A stretch of DNA of 64,000 nt from Gnetum montanum (taxonomy: Eukaryota > Plantae > Gnetophyta). Numbering within the stretch: position 1 is the first letter of the stretch; the number at the start of each line of letters is the position of its first letter. The position numbers were made by a program, and so were the translations under genes. The notes below the pieces were generated by a model that did not search any database, was not told the origin of the DNA, and worked only from the letters and a program-made list of their open reading frames with translations. The stretch spans positions 532,625 to 596,624 of the forward strand of contig MNCI01000627.1 of NCBI GenBank assembly GCA_015680685.1, in the 5' to 3' direction. Shown one piece after another: positions 38,040 through 51,380 of this stretch.

Positions 38040-38504
38040 ACTAAGTGGGTTGTGAGTTTGTCCGTTGGGACGATGTTGTTACTGTTCATGTTGCCGTTCT
38101 CGATTTTCTTTGTAAGCTTGATTTTTAGTTCTATGTCGATCCCTTGATAGATAGTCATCCGTGTCACAATCTGACATTGAAGGAGTAGAGGACAAGAGGA
38201 AACTGTAAAACTTGTTATGACTTTTGTAAGTTTTCCAGTCATCCCCTAACAAATTCTTGTTAGTTATTGAGAAGGTCCTAGGCCTTTTGGGCCTCCTCGT
38301 TCTATGGGATGTCTCATCCTCACTAGAGGTGTCAGAGTTGGATGATGAAAGTCTTTGAGTATCGTTGGGGTGTTCATGAACGTAGGGGACTTCTGCATAA
38401 GGTCGAGTACTCCAAACTTTATCTTCATCATCATATAATTTGTTGGTTCTCCAATGAATTGCCTTACTTGTTGTTGCATTGTCAGAGTCTTGTGAGAGAA
38501 ACAT
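38040..38504 (-). pseudogene. gag: N-terminal low-complexity part of gag, separated by the palindromic insert
   Basis: Charged S/R/H-rich ORF positioned and composed like 62500-63110, which in that element runs directly into PLLAT. Confidence 0.55.
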
Positions 38505-38611
38505 TGTTGTGAACCGCGTGTGATTTAATTAAAATTAATTTCTTCTCTAAGAGATATATCGTAAATACTTTGTATCTTGTGTGATATAACTAATCTAAAT
38601 AACTAACACCA

Positions 38612-38629
38612 TCCCTAGCAACGGTGCCA
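38612..38629 (-). promoter_or_regulatory. primer binding site (tRNA-Asp type)
   Basis: Minus-strand TGGCACCGTTGCTAGGGA immediately after the 5' LTR, as in Athila elements. Confidence 0.85.
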
Positions 38630-38630
38630 A

Positions 38631-39464
38631 TGATGAGTGGCGAGGTACCCCTACACTCAACCATACGAATACGAGTGTTTCACGCACGATCTGGTCGAAC
38701 TCCGCAGATGGGCTAATTGTGGTATATAGATAGTTACTCGTTGATCGCAATTCGCTGTCTTCCCACCTGGACTAGTATTTTCTTTGTCACGTATGGTTTA
38801 GTCTAGAGTGAGGTGTATGATGTGGTTTCTAACCTAGTGCTACTCCTGGAGGCAATGGAAAATAACTTTAATTATGCTAGGAGGAAAAGGGAGAGAGAAT
38901 CTAAGCTAGCCTAAGTACGATGAGCATTTGTTCCTTAATCATTCGTACACATCTTGGACCTCATGCATGACTACTACTGAGATTACCAAGCACATGTCCT
39001 TGGTACACTACTGGGATACCAAGTAGTCACACTTGAATGCTCGTTATTAAGTCATGCTCATTCCACGTTTAAGGAGTTTAGGGTGAAGAGATATTAACTA
39101 CGAAAGCAATCAATAACAATAACAATTAACTAATTAAACTAAGTGAATGCTGCAATGATGAAGTAATCTCAATCTTTATTTCCAGTCATGTGCGTGTCCA
39201 AGTACGTCACACTCAAATAAAGGTGTCGTACAATTACAATCATCACACTGTGGGCATGAACTGGGGAAAAAGGTTTAGAAAGACTAAAAATGAAAACTAA
39301 CTTCTAACTAAAAACCAACCTACTTTCGTCATGCACCTAAGGTGTATTTATAGGCCTGCACAAGAGCCACGATATCGCGTATACGATATTGCGAGCCAAG
39401 CCACGATATCACGTACGCGATATCGCGAGCGCAATATCGTAACCCAATGAATCACGATTCATCA
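38631..39464 (-). repeat. 5' LTR (U3 with five CGATATCG-type palindromes at 39370-39440; TATA at ~39345-39352)
   Basis: Direct repeat of 25748-26563, bounded by the PBS and the TSD. Confidence 0.95.
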
Positions 39465-42400
39465 GTAAAACTCTAATTTGCTATAAATAAATTTATTTAA
39501 TTATACACAAGGAATATAAAATTTTGTTGTGTTATATTGCTTTTGTGTATTTATGCTTCTAATTAATAATTTCTATCTATTTTATGGAAACCTTTGAAAT
39601 TAATTAGTCAACTTTAAATACAAATCCTTGGGATTCCATAGCATCTCTATTAATTATTTATAGGATATTTTATAGCTAATTAAAAGGGGTATTACACTTT
39701 CTCTACTCTTTCGTTTCTCGTCTCTTTTCTTCTCTCTTGATGAGGTGTTCTCTCAATTACATATGAATATAATGGCTATACACCTCCTTATATAGCTTTT
39801 GGAGGATGGTTGGTTGAACCATGATTGGTTCACTTCACCTAAGGGTAGAGTAGGATTGAGTAAGACTTGTCAATTTTTTTTAGCATTGAGAATAAACCAA
39901 GACCTATCCTTCAAAGATTCTTAGATTAAATATAAAATATTTAGATTTATGTAGATTTTGGAATATTTTAAAAAATTTAATTAAAACATTTGCTTGACCC
40001 ATAACTTCAAACTTTTGGCCCAAAACTTATATACTTCTTAGATAGGAAATTAAAATAACCTTTCTTACTAAAGGGGTTTTTGACTCTTCTTGTATTTTAA
40101 TGCAAAAAGCCCAAACTAGCCAGGAAAAAGTTAAGGAACATGGGATGATTGATGGCTCAATTTTGAATATGAACCTTTATAACTTTGAAAATAATTTTTG
40201 TACATTTTTTATGTTTGTAAAATAGAAAACATGTACAAATTTTGGTATTTAAGCCATGTTTGTATATAAATAATAAAATATTAGAGTCATGAAATTTTCA
40301 TCTTTACTTTTTAATCTAGTAGACACAAGGATCATTTTTCATATTAACATAGGCTATACATTTGATAGAAAAATAAAGTTATTTTATGATATATTATTAT
40401 TTTAATGTTGAATATATTATTTTATTAATAAAATTCAAACATGACTAACTTTATTTTTAGAAGTATGTTTGAGGTAAAATAAGTATCATTGGTATCATCT
40501 TCTTGCATACTTTTACATATTTTCTAGCATTTACTTTTTAATGGTTGTCTTAGTTTCTCATTTTTTTATATTTATATTTATTTAATTATTAATGCAAGTA
40601 GTAAGGAATTTTGTTGTAGCATATTATTATATTTTTTTTTATACTCTTTAACAACTATTTTTATTAGTTAAGCCACTATTTTATTAATTTTCTCTAGGTT
40701 AAATCCAAATTCTTGGTATTAGTAGCTTTTCTATTCTTGATTTATAGGTTGTTATAGATAATTAACAAAGATGTTACCTTAACTTCTATGATCTTTTATA
40801 AGTCTTTCGTTTTTTTTATATATAATCTCTACATTCACATTATTCCTATATTATCCTCCTGGTAAAAGTTGATTAATAGGTAGGGCTAAGTTATAAAGTT
40901 ATAATTAATTTAAATCTCTCAAAAAAAACTACATAGTAACTATAATGTCAAAAGAACACATTTTGAAAGCATGAAGCAAGAAAAACAACACTGGCAGCGT
41001 CTCAATGAAAAATACATGGTTCTTTCATTTAAAGAAGTACACCATCATCTCTATCTTGAAGACTACAAACCCTTTTTCTTTTCAGTAAATTCAACGTAGA
41101 AATGATGATAACATTTAGCTTACAAATGAGGAAAAAAGCTCGGTGGGAAAACATAAAATCTCACTTACAAATTCCCTGGAGGAGAATTTACAGGATTTTT
41201 CGTTACTGTGAGTACTTTTCGATTTATGCAAATATTTATCAATCCTGTTAGTTTCCAAAGATCCATTACAAATGGCTCTTCCAATCATCTTACCATGTGT
41301 AAAAATTATGAATCATGTCAATCTCTCCTCATATTTATTTTAAAAATCATTTAATTTTTGCCTATTTTAAAACGACATTCAAAAACCTGCAACATGATCC
41401 GCTTTTCAAAAGGGAAAGACGACCAAAACATGTTTATCAAGTTAATGACCCAACATAGCAACACACACCAGTTCAATGACAACAATTAGACGGAAAAATA
41501 TTGGATAAAATAATTGTAGCAATTATTATGCTTTTCAGTTATAATATGGTTCAAATCAATTATACTAAAACAAAAGACAGCTACATTGGCCACCTGCATG
41601 ACAATCTGGTCTTTAACAACATGTTGCTAAATGCATGGAGCCATGTCGTAGGATAAGTAATCTGCGCGTGCGATCCCAGGTGGAGAAGAAAGGATGGTTA
41701 TCTGTTCGAATACGATGCACTGTTCTGCAACAAATAAGGTCACCTAATGTATCGATATAGAGCGACATCTATCCATTCTGAATATAAGTTCTACAAATTA
41801 GTTAAATAAAACAGGAAAATTCATCCATCTTTAATTCAAAGTTTTTAACGATGAAAGGAAAAAGTTGAGGGCTGTCGTGCATAATTTACAGGTCAGCCAG
41901 TAAACCATTGCTTTATATGAGCCTTGGTTATTTCCTACGTAACCGTGAGGCTATACACTGGAATAAGAAGGGACAAGTTGCTAATTAATCCTTCAGTTAC
42001 AGCAAAAGTACGCTCTCTTATAGCATTATGTGAGTCCTTTCCAGCCATATAATCATAATTGTAACTTTACACCATCCCTTTCTGCAGGATCATCACTTTT
42101 TGTTTGTGCTCATGATCACTTACAATTAAACGTCTCTTTAGTAACTTGCTCTAATCAGCCATCTCCTTCCTTCTGGTGGTTCCATTAATACAAATTAATG
42201 TATCTTTTCTTAAGTTCTTAAAACGATCCACTGGCGTGCTCCAACACTAATTTAATGGTCAGTGCAGTGGTTCATACCACCATGACTGAAAAAGAAGAAA
42301 TGTGTTGAGCCTTCAGTAAATAGTTATCCCTGAAAAGCATGAAAACGTCAGCAAAAGCATCAGGAAGAATAACCATGTAAAAAACATGGCATTATCCAAA

Positions 42401-43240
42401 GAAATTAAGCTGCGTATTATGAAGTGGATTAACATAAAGTATTTTTATTTGTGATCATTACTTTGTGTAGGACCAAGAGTCTGGGTCCCATTATGCTGCA
42501 ACCAAGAAAAAGCACATGAGCCAGTATTGTTAGAAGAAGCATCTGTCCTTTGGGATGCTCAGAGTATTTCAGATAATGATGAGGATTCGTTGTCACACAA
42601 TCAAGTGACAGGTACAAAATCACAGAGGACATACACAATAAAGACTTGTTTTTGTAAGAATAAAGAGGAGAAATCTCAATGTGGATAGGAAGAAAACAAG
42701 TCCTATACTAAATTAAGCACAGATAGCTCTTGATGGTGCAGATATAAAGGAGGACTGAACAGTCATGATACTTTGGCAAACGTTTCTGTCTTCAGACTGA
42801 TAATTAGTTTGTGCTTGCCCAGCATGACCAAGACACCGTCATACCAAACAAGAAATAGACGAAGCAAATGTAATCTCGTTGTTCATGACGGCAAATGACG
42901 ATGCTGCAATATACGGAAAAAGATGGAGCCGATCAACATAATAAATAGTGTAAACAGAGAGGATGGAATGTCAGAGAACGACAATGCATGAATAAATATC
43001 GGATGTTTCAAAACTTCGGGTCATGCAGGAAGGAGCTTTCTACACTTGTACAGGAAAACTAGGAAAAACTGTGGGAATACGATGAAAACGGGAGGTTATA
43101 AATTTGAAAAAAAAAAAAATCTCAAGGCCAGACAAGTGGTCAGCACTCTGAATCAGAACCGATAAAGTCTTTTTAAATTTCAAAACCGGAGAAGCATGAT
43201 CCAAGCTAGAAGTCATAAGAGAAATACCTGGAGAAGAATG

Positions 43241-43963
43241 TCACTGAGGGGAGAGATGGCCTAAGCTTCCTCCACTGCTTCTGCTTGCCCCGTCACTTGT
43301 ACCAGTTCTCTGGTATGAATTATAAAGACCTGATGTGGACATAGGGCTTGGTGCTCCTCCCCCACCACCACTGGCAACAATATTAGGATTAACACCCAGA
43401 GCAGCCAGGCCAGCTTCGTAGGAACCGTTGCCCAGCCTGACAATTTCAGCCCACTGCTCTCTTGCGTAGTGAGGCAGCTGCTGCTGTTCTAGCAAGGCCT
43501 GGGAATAGGTCGGATCTTGCTGATTGTGCAGTCCTAGGTTGCCCATCCCGAGGTCCACCAGGTTCATTTGCTGCTGTGCAGGAGTGGAAGGCTGCATCAG
43601 AGGGGCCTGTCCGTTAGGCACCATGCCTGTGTATCGAGCCAGCTCGGCGTGTGCGCTATGCAGATCGCACACTAGGCGTTGAAGCTTTGCCTGCAGAATT
43701 GAAATAGTTCCGACGCAGCCGTACACAGGGTCTCTCATCCTCCAGTCTGCTTCGTATGCCAGAGAATTCACTGCGTCTTCTCGCTTATGCGCAGGCAGCT
43801 CATTCAGCAGCTTCGTGATATTGCTGGCTCCGAATATCTTGTGAACGTTTGCGAATTTGTGCGGTTGGTCGGGCGGGAAGTAGGGGGCGAACACGCATTC
43901 TGCTGTGCATTTTCTCCTCAAGAACTTGCAGGCTGCGCAGGGCGATCCAGATGAGGACGCCAT
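43241..43963 (-). CDS. AS2: class I LOB-domain (LBD) transcription factor, AS2/LBD6-LBD36 clade, 240 aa, uninterrupted ORF
   Basis: MASSSGSPCAACKFLRRKC..CVFAPYFPPDQP.KFANVHKIFGASN..REDAVNSLAYEAD.R.RDPVYGCVG.IS.LQ: C-block, GAS block and leucine zipper closely resembling AS2. Orthology needs a tree. Confidence 0.93.
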   Translation of the reverse strand: MASSSGSPCAACKFLRRKCTAECVFAPYFPPDQPHKFANVHKIFGASNITKLLNELPAHKREDAVNSLAYEADWRMRDPVYGCVGTISILQAKLQRLVCDLHSAHAELARYTGMVPNGQAPLMQPSTPAQQQMNLVDLGMGNLGLHNQQDPTYSQALLEQQQLPHYAREQWAEIVRLGNGSYEAGLAALGVNPNIVASGGGGGAPSPMSTSGLYNSYQRTGTSDGASRSSGGSLGHLSPQ

Positions 43964-43965
43964 GT

Positions 43966-43980
43966 CTGGAAAGGCAGAAA
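43966..43980 (-). promoter_or_regulatory. splice acceptor 2 nt upstream of the LBD ATG (leader intron)
   Basis: Minus strand TTTCTGCCTTTCCAG|AC ATG. Confidence 0.75.
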
Positions 43981-45687
43981 ATAATTAAGGAAATCAGGCA
44001 AGTAGTAGGGTTAAAAATTCTTGATGCAGAATTGTTTTGGTGTTTCTTGTGAATTGGTGAGAAACTGAGAATTATCCAGCTACGAAAGCTTTCGTGAAGT
44101 GAGGACATCTGAAATCCGAAAACAATGAAAAAGAAACAACAAAAACCAAAAAGGAAGCCTCCAAAAGTGAACATGGTTTCCTCTTTCTACAAACGCTTTG
44201 CTTCGTCGTCAGCAAGAGAAAACGGTTAGCTTTTAAAAAGCAAAAATGGTAGTGCTTGGGGCACTGGAGTTATCACATCCATTATCGTCGAATTTAACAA
44301 TACGCAGAAGGCGTTCAGTTTTAATTTCCATTTCTTGATAACAAAAAATTTCGTGAGTGCCTCTCCTTGACATGGATCGGAGGAGGCAACTAAGATGTAA
44401 CAGAACAGAGTCTTTAATTCCTGAAATATTTCTTGAAAGTCTTTCCGAGATTCTCTTCTTGAATCTGTCGTTCCTTAGCCCCGATATTCAAGTGCATGCA
44501 ATTAACAGATTCACAAAACAAGGGCCAAGATAAAAGATCGATGACCTTCTGGCCTTCTGGAGGCCGCCGTTTCCATTGTGCCTAATCCAAGGGAAAGAAA
44601 AGAAACCGGAAGACGCTCAAACGAGTAACCTAAAAACAAAGCAGAGGCAGAACTCTCAAAGAAAATAAAATCTTTGAAAAGACTCTTTGCAGAATAAATC
44701 CTAGAAAATTTTAATAGAGACATCAAGTAGTAACAACATCAAAATTGAAGAAAATGCAATAAAGATATTTTAAAAAATTATAGGAAACATAAAAGATTGT
44801 CAAAGATAGCAAAGACTGAATGAAAAAATCAAAATTTGTAACTACATACCAGAGAAGATTAAAAAATTTGGATAATCACATTGAAGATGATATAAGACAA
44901 TCTGATATAAACATAAAGATTTCAAAGATAGTGAGGATCAGCATCTATATAATTAAAAGATTTGGAAATAGCACCACGATACCAAGAACGATGAAAATCG
45001 GATAACAAAAACGCGATAGACATTTTAAAAAATTTCAATCGAACACACAGACATTAAACGTAATCAAAAGCAGTGAAAATAGCATGATTAAAATAAAATC
45101 GGTACCTGTGAAAAGAGATTTAATGATCTGATAAGAATTCTTCCAGGAACCGTATAATCAATCTTTCGAACTTTCAAAGAAAAAGGCAATCTAGCTACCG
45201 AACCTCGACGTAAAAAATCCGGCGTCTTTAACTTGGATCTCAATTCTGTGATCTCACTTGGAATGAATATTCTCTCACAGACGGAAGCAAGAAACGCAAA
45301 AGCACACGAGAGCGTAGATATATACGCATCCAGAAGTCTGCCACCGTGAAAGCAACAAGGATCCGATTCAGCTCTCCCAGACGAATATTAACACGAAGAA
45401 CATGATGATAATAATCGTTTGTTGCTATTGCGCTTGTTGTTTTCTTCGTTTCTTTGTTGTTGTTGCTGCTAGTCCTGCTGCTTCCTTTGTCGCTGCTGCT
45501 GTTAGTTAACAAAATGCGCGCGCCTTCAACAAAATGTCCCGATTCACGCGGAGATTTCAGAATCCGGATCCGATGTTTCTTCGCTTCATGCAATTTCCCT
45601 GAAGCATCAACAAACCGCCTTTATTCCATTCATTCCGTCTCCCACTCTCTCTATCGGTAAATACCACGCCACGGCCTGTGGCCGCAA

Positions 45688-45895
45688 ATATATTTATATC
45701 TTTTATTCTCGCCGGTCGTTATCGGGGAAATTTTTATAATTGCACTTTTATGATTATTATTTTATTGAATTTTCATTCCTGGTGACCGTCTCTGCCCGTG
45801 GCTACGTTGGAATTTGCTTTTTTGTTTCCTGTCGGCGCGGCCACGTCAGAGGCCATGTACTAGTTAGGCCGTTTTGCATCTGCCACGTGGCGGTC
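45688..45895 (-). promoter_or_regulatory. probable core/proximal promoter of the LBD gene
   Basis: Minus-strand TATAAATA at 45691-45698; CpG-rich context; GCCACGTCA (~45840) and a palindromic G-box GCCACGTGGC (45882-45891). Confidence 0.6.
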
Positions 45896-46320
45896 AGATT
45901 CTGTACGGTGACCGGCAATTCAAGCGATTTTTTTTAAGAAATATTTTTGGTGACTTTTGTTTGCCCAGTTGGATTGTTTCCCAAATGGTTTTTTATTTTA
46001 CAGTCACTATTTTTAGAAAGCCCGCCATCCGCGGACGCCCACCGGGTCCACGCCACAGCTTATGTAATCTTTTAATCGTTAATTATTAATTAACCTCGTG
46101 TACAATATCATTTACTGAATTCGCTGTACATTGTTGTGCGCATTTACTTCGTCACAAGAACTAATTTGAAGATTAGCTAACAATTCCTATACGATTGGTT
46201 AATTAACATGGGATCGCAACTTCTTGACGAGGATATCTCATCTGGTTAAAGTATGTGCTTTAAGTGTTGGTGGGGCATGGAGAACACCGCTTGTGACAGT
46301 GAAAGTTCCAAATTCAGTTC

Positions 46321-46387
46321 AGGATATAAACTTCATGTTTCAAGTTCAATTCTAAGGATATAAACTTCATGTTACAAGTTCAATTCT
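46321..46387. repeat. 34-bp tandem duplication
   Basis: AGGATATAAACTTCATGTT(T/A)CAAGTTCAATTCT x2. Confidence 0.9.
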
Positions 46388-48016
46388 ACTGTGAAGCATC
46401 ATTTAGCTTCAATTTTAAACATTGTTATATTGTTTACACCCAAGGCACGGGGTTCACTGTGTAGCATAAGATAGCAAATTGAATTCTGTGTTTAGACCTT
46501 GATATCTTAATTTTACGGTCATTTTAAGATAAAAAAAATAAGGTGTACTTTTAACCTTGGATTCATAAAACTAGAGCAAGATCACTGAGTGAGATAGTAG
46601 CCAAAAATGGATAGGGCCTACAACTTTAATGATGAGTCCTAGTGCATAAAGGTACTACAGAATGACATAACCTTATCTTCTCCTAATCCCATTGGCAACA
46701 TCTTGATGCATAATTGGACTCGAGTTAAGTTACTATCAAGGCAAGACATGGTCATTTTCAAGGTGCCTGATTGGGACAAGCATACAATTCTCAAAGGATA
46801 TTTTGTTTACGTAATAAGCTACATGTGGTTAAAGTAAGACTCAGTGGAAATGGAATGGACATTTTGTTTATTGCATACAAGGTGGGTAGGGAAGTGATGG
46901 GATGGGTGACTTTGTGGTTACGTAGAAAACAAAACAAAGCAAAACACGAGACAAGAAGAAGAAGAGGTGGCGTGCCTTTGCTTTGAGAAGAGTGATGAAG
47001 CAAAAGAAATAGGAGCCCAAATGCAACTCATGCGGGTGGGAACATGGACATGAAAACTTTGAAATCACGTAAGGGGATGGGGCGGAAAAAAAAGTTGGTT
47101 TCTTTCTTTCTTTCATCGAAGTTGGCGAGCTTAGTCCCAACGCGGATTATAAAGGTTTGAAAACGGACCATTTGTCGCATATGTGTGGGACAATTTTTTT
47201 ATGCAGCTGGTCACGGTTTCAAGGCCTCGGAAATTGTATTCTACAAGCTTCGATTGTTACCCCACGTGAGTGTCCACGTCGTGGCTCCAAATTTGTCTTT
47301 TATTTATTTATTTTTTGGTGCATTGTACTGGAAAGGTTTTTGTGGGAGAGGCTTCTCTTACTTTCTCGGCTTTACGTCACCTTTGCGGTGTTATTGCGTC
47401 ATGGTTGTGCGTTCCCAATGCTCCTTACAACATACCTCGTATCTGGAACCAACCTTGGCGATAGAAAATAAAATAAAATAAAGTAGTGGAAGGTGGCACC
47501 TTAGGGTAAGATCCAAGCGTCCTTTCCTTCTTCCATCCATCCATCCGTCCGTAGGAAGGGAGTAGGCATGCCTCTTCCACATGCATTATGCCACATTGCC
47601 ACCACAACCTATGCTTGCATGTTAATGGATAGTATTACTCCTTACGTGATGTGGATTTGCAAAGTGGGCAACATAGTCGAGTAACGCTACATTCATGCAA
47701 TAATAGGTTGGAAGTTTAAATCAAAGCTTAGTTTCTTAGGGAAAGTCCGGTTATTGGATGAACTCTAAATTAGCAAGTACAGTAACAATATTATCATGGC
47801 CGGTACAGATGAACACCAAACCCATTAAAAAACCCCAGACCATCAAAATCAAAAATATATATATATATAGAAGTTAGGTACAACATCACAAAGGTTATGC
47901 AAATTTGGAGAAGTAGAAGAACACACCATTTAGAGGCACCACATTACTTCATCTTGCATAGATTTTTTTCCACAAGTGAAAAAACATCCATGGATGTTAA
48001 ATCAAATCTTGTTATT

Positions 48017-48077
48017 CTTTTTTTTTTCTTGTTTTCTTTTCTTTTTTCTTTTTGCTTTTTTTTTTTTNCTCTCTCTC

Positions 48078-48113
<36 letters not shown>
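48017..48113 (-). repeat. long poly(T) tract, possibly the poly(A) tail of a minus-strand retroposed element extending to the right
   Basis: About 95 nt of T-dominated sequence; no convincing protein homology seen next to it. Confidence 0.45.
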
Positions 48114-48114
<1 letters not shown>

Positions 48115-51100
48115 AGAGTGAGAGAGAGAAGACAACTTGGGATTGGTAGCACAACCTCCCTCAACTTGGGGTTGATCACACAACCCTTACCCACACAACA
48201 AGATGAATGTGATCCACTAACAAAAAAGATCTTGCTACAAAGCTACCCCACTATTACTACACCCAAAAACAAAGGAAAGAATCAAACCCGCAACCTCCCA
48301 ACTAAAAGACAAAGTGTTTTGATCACTTGAATTCCATAGTAATGAGTAGGCTTGGAATTTCAATTTATGGATACGCAAATACAATATAAATAAAAATAAA
48401 AAGCAATATGATGTTGGCTAACGTAGTCCACTAATGATACATTTATGCAATAAAAAATAAAGGTTGGATGAAAGCTTATTTGATACCCTTGCATATGAGA
48501 AAGGGGTCATAGATGTCAAAATCTCCGAAGACAACTGCATCTTGATGCTTAGCCACATCAATTCAATACTAAGGGCTTTAGGTTCTTCCAAGAATAGTGG
48601 TATACGTTGTTGATTTGATCACGGGGATGCTGGTAAGAGCTCCTCTCAAAAACACCCCTCCTAATCAACTACCTTACCATTCGCCATACGCATTGCCCTT
48701 GCCACCAACGTTGATTTTGGCTTGACCCTACTACCCATCCCTAACACGTCCTATTTACACTTGCCATAAACACCTTGTATTGTGCCAACCCCTCCCGTAA
48801 TGTTCTTGCCTTTCGTACTAGCCTCTCATAAGGTAAATACTTTTTGGAGCACTCTCACACCCTAAATTCCTCATTGAACAATGACATGACTTACACAACA
48901 TTAGCACATACCTTCTCTAATTATTGCTTATGAAGATGCAACACCACAACTCCCTCCACATAAACCACTAATGCCTAATCCCCTATTTACGTCATTAATG
49001 ATCTTGAACCACCCCTACCCTCACTCTTTCCACATATCCCTCCTTGTGCCTCCCCCACCTCCCACTACGCTTTACTTCAACATCCCTCACCACACTTCCA
49101 CCCACTAAGCCCTAACCATCTACATGCACACCTAGTCAATAATGCAAATGCTCATCCTTGGCTATCTATGGAGGATCCTTTCTCTAAATGTCACAAGGTT
49201 AGTCCATATCACAAGCGTGGATTTTCAATGGCGAAACTTAATTATATGGGGCAACCAATTACCCTCATAGTTGTACATTTCCTAAGAATTAGGAGCTCCA
49301 CAATGATAATGCACCTACCTATGTTCATTATCATGAGTTCTAGTCTACAAACTTATTGGAACATGAGATGCTCAATCCAATCATTTTTGCATAGGCTACT
49401 CTTTCCTTTAGAATGCTAAACATGATAAAGTATCATGTTAGCACCAGTTTCTTCATGTTGTCATGCATAACAATTGTTGATTATTTTGTAACCTTAGTGG
49501 CTTCTCTCTTTCAAGCTTGCCTTGCCTGTTTTGCTAAGGACTTTTAGTCTAATTTTGTACTTTCTTTTTATTTAATATAAGCTTTTTGAGATTTTTCTCC
49601 AACAAATTTTTAGAACTTTAAATCAAATATCATTATTTCATTTGTAATACTTAAATAAAAGCTAATTGCACTAGTGGGTTATGAAAAGGTTGGTTTAAAA
49701 AATTTTCCAAGTGTATAATAATCTTATAAATTTTTGCCTAATTAACAAAAAGTGAAAAGCTAATATTCGCTTTCTTCGATGAAAACCCCCTTTCCTAAAA
49801 TGCCTTCGTAGTTTCAACATGTTTCCTTTGTTATAAATTGAGCCCTACACTTTATAAACCTCACATCACAAAGCACTAACCTTGTTAACTGATTTTGTTA
49901 CAACATGAAAGATGCTTTTCCAATAGTACCAATTTGTTGGCATTGTATTTACAAAATTGTTGCAACATTAAACTAAAAAATTGAATATTGTTATTCAACT
50001 TACCACAAACATGATAAACTACATCATTTATGTGAAAGAAATACACCATGTTTTCACTTTAATATTAATTTTCTAATGAAAACAACATGGCAAGAAAAAA
50101 CTTTCTAATTACAAGGATATCTTCTCAAATATACAACATTATAGTTGAAATATTTGAAACATCATAGAGAGAAAAATTAATTGTTATTTGGGAGGATGAC
50201 CCCCACCTTAACAATACTTATATCACTTTCAACATCTATATGTGAACTTAAAATAGAAAAAAGCTTTGAGGTAGTAAAAGAAAGTTGTGATAACATATTA
50301 ACATTTGAAATAATATGAGAATTTGGTGGTACATATTTGCAACTTAATATTATCCTTTTTTCAATAATCTATACCATTAGTTATAGCTTACTTGTAGAAG
50401 TAAAATCATTCACATAAGCTTTTATCTTTTTTTTTTATTTCCTTATTGTCATTTGATCATTTTTATGGTTGATATTAATTTGATTTTTCTTATCTTCAAC
50501 TTCAAATTGCTTTTCCAATCTTAAATTCAACAAATTTTTTCTTTTCCATGACATCTTTTTTATTGATAAAAAAAGAATAAGCATTAAATAAATGTTCTTC
50601 AAGATGAAAAAAGTGGTAAGAATTAGAAAAATATTTATATGTAACCAATTTTTTTTGTAGTTAAGAAAATTGATTTCAACAAAAAAAACGTCTACAAAAA
50701 CTAAATGCTATGGAAGTACATTCCATATGCTTAATGGAACTAAGAAGACTAATGATTTCCTACTTAGCTTTTTGAAAAATTAACAAAAGATTAAATAGCT
50801 CAATAAAAGACAATACTTTAGAATATTCTTTAGATTGAATATCAAAATCTCGAGTCCACTTACGAATAATCAACATTGCATGCTTATGTATAAATAATCT
50901 TATATATAGGATCAATGCACCATCAAAGCATTATCTAGCTAAACAAGTGGGAAAAAAATGAGAATAATACTTGGCATAAATGACTTTAATGTCATGCTTT
51001 TACATTATAAGTAAAACTCTAATTACAACGGAGATAACCAAAAATTTGAATGAACACATATTGTAATATAAAATTAGCAACCAATAACTCATATCCATCA

Positions 51101-51160
51101 TTAGTAAAGATAAAATGTAACATCCCTATAGTATTACTAGTATGCTTAGTAAAGAGTCAT

Positions 51161-51380
51161 GTCATCATCATTATGATCATCCACTTAGGCTTGTCCCAAC
51201 AAAATAGGGATGGCTAAATAAATTCTTTTTTTCCATTCACATCAATGAAAAGCTAGATATTTGTTTATTTTTTCTAATCATGGTTTCTATTAATAAAGAA
51301 TTATTTAAATGAAATGAGTAATTTCTTCAAATCTTTTTAAATCATTATTCAATGTCCTTTTTACCATTGCTTTTGATGAC
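51161..51380 (-). mobile_element. RTE LINE 3' end fragment
   Basis: Minus strand TAGCCATCCCTATTTTGTTGGGACAAGCC...(ATG)n resembles the tail at 17434-17472. Confidence 0.55.

Larger units (their letters stand above)
25748..39464 (-). mobile_element. full-length non-autonomous (pol-less) Athila-like Ty3/gypsy element, 13.7 kb including a 4.8 kb insert
   Basis: Two LTRs; 5-bp TSD GTAAA (25743-25747 and 39465-39469); PBS TGGCACCGTTGCTAGGGA; PPT at ~26564-26570; gag and accessory ORF remnants; no PR/RT/RH/IN seen. Confidence 0.93.

Noticed and set aside
33235-38045. palindromic insert as a spliceable gag intron (GT...TTTTAG on the minus strand)
   Set aside because: Splicing at those sites does not restore the gag frame; T-rich ends give chance matches.
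45240-45593. 117-aa ORF in the LBD leader
   Set aside because: TTG start; kept open by CAG/CAA repeats; no recognisable domain.
47485-47582. miRNA hairpin (minus strand TGGAAGAGGCATGC resembles the 5' part of miR528)
   Set aside because: Similarity stops after ~14 nt and the stem is short and imperfect.
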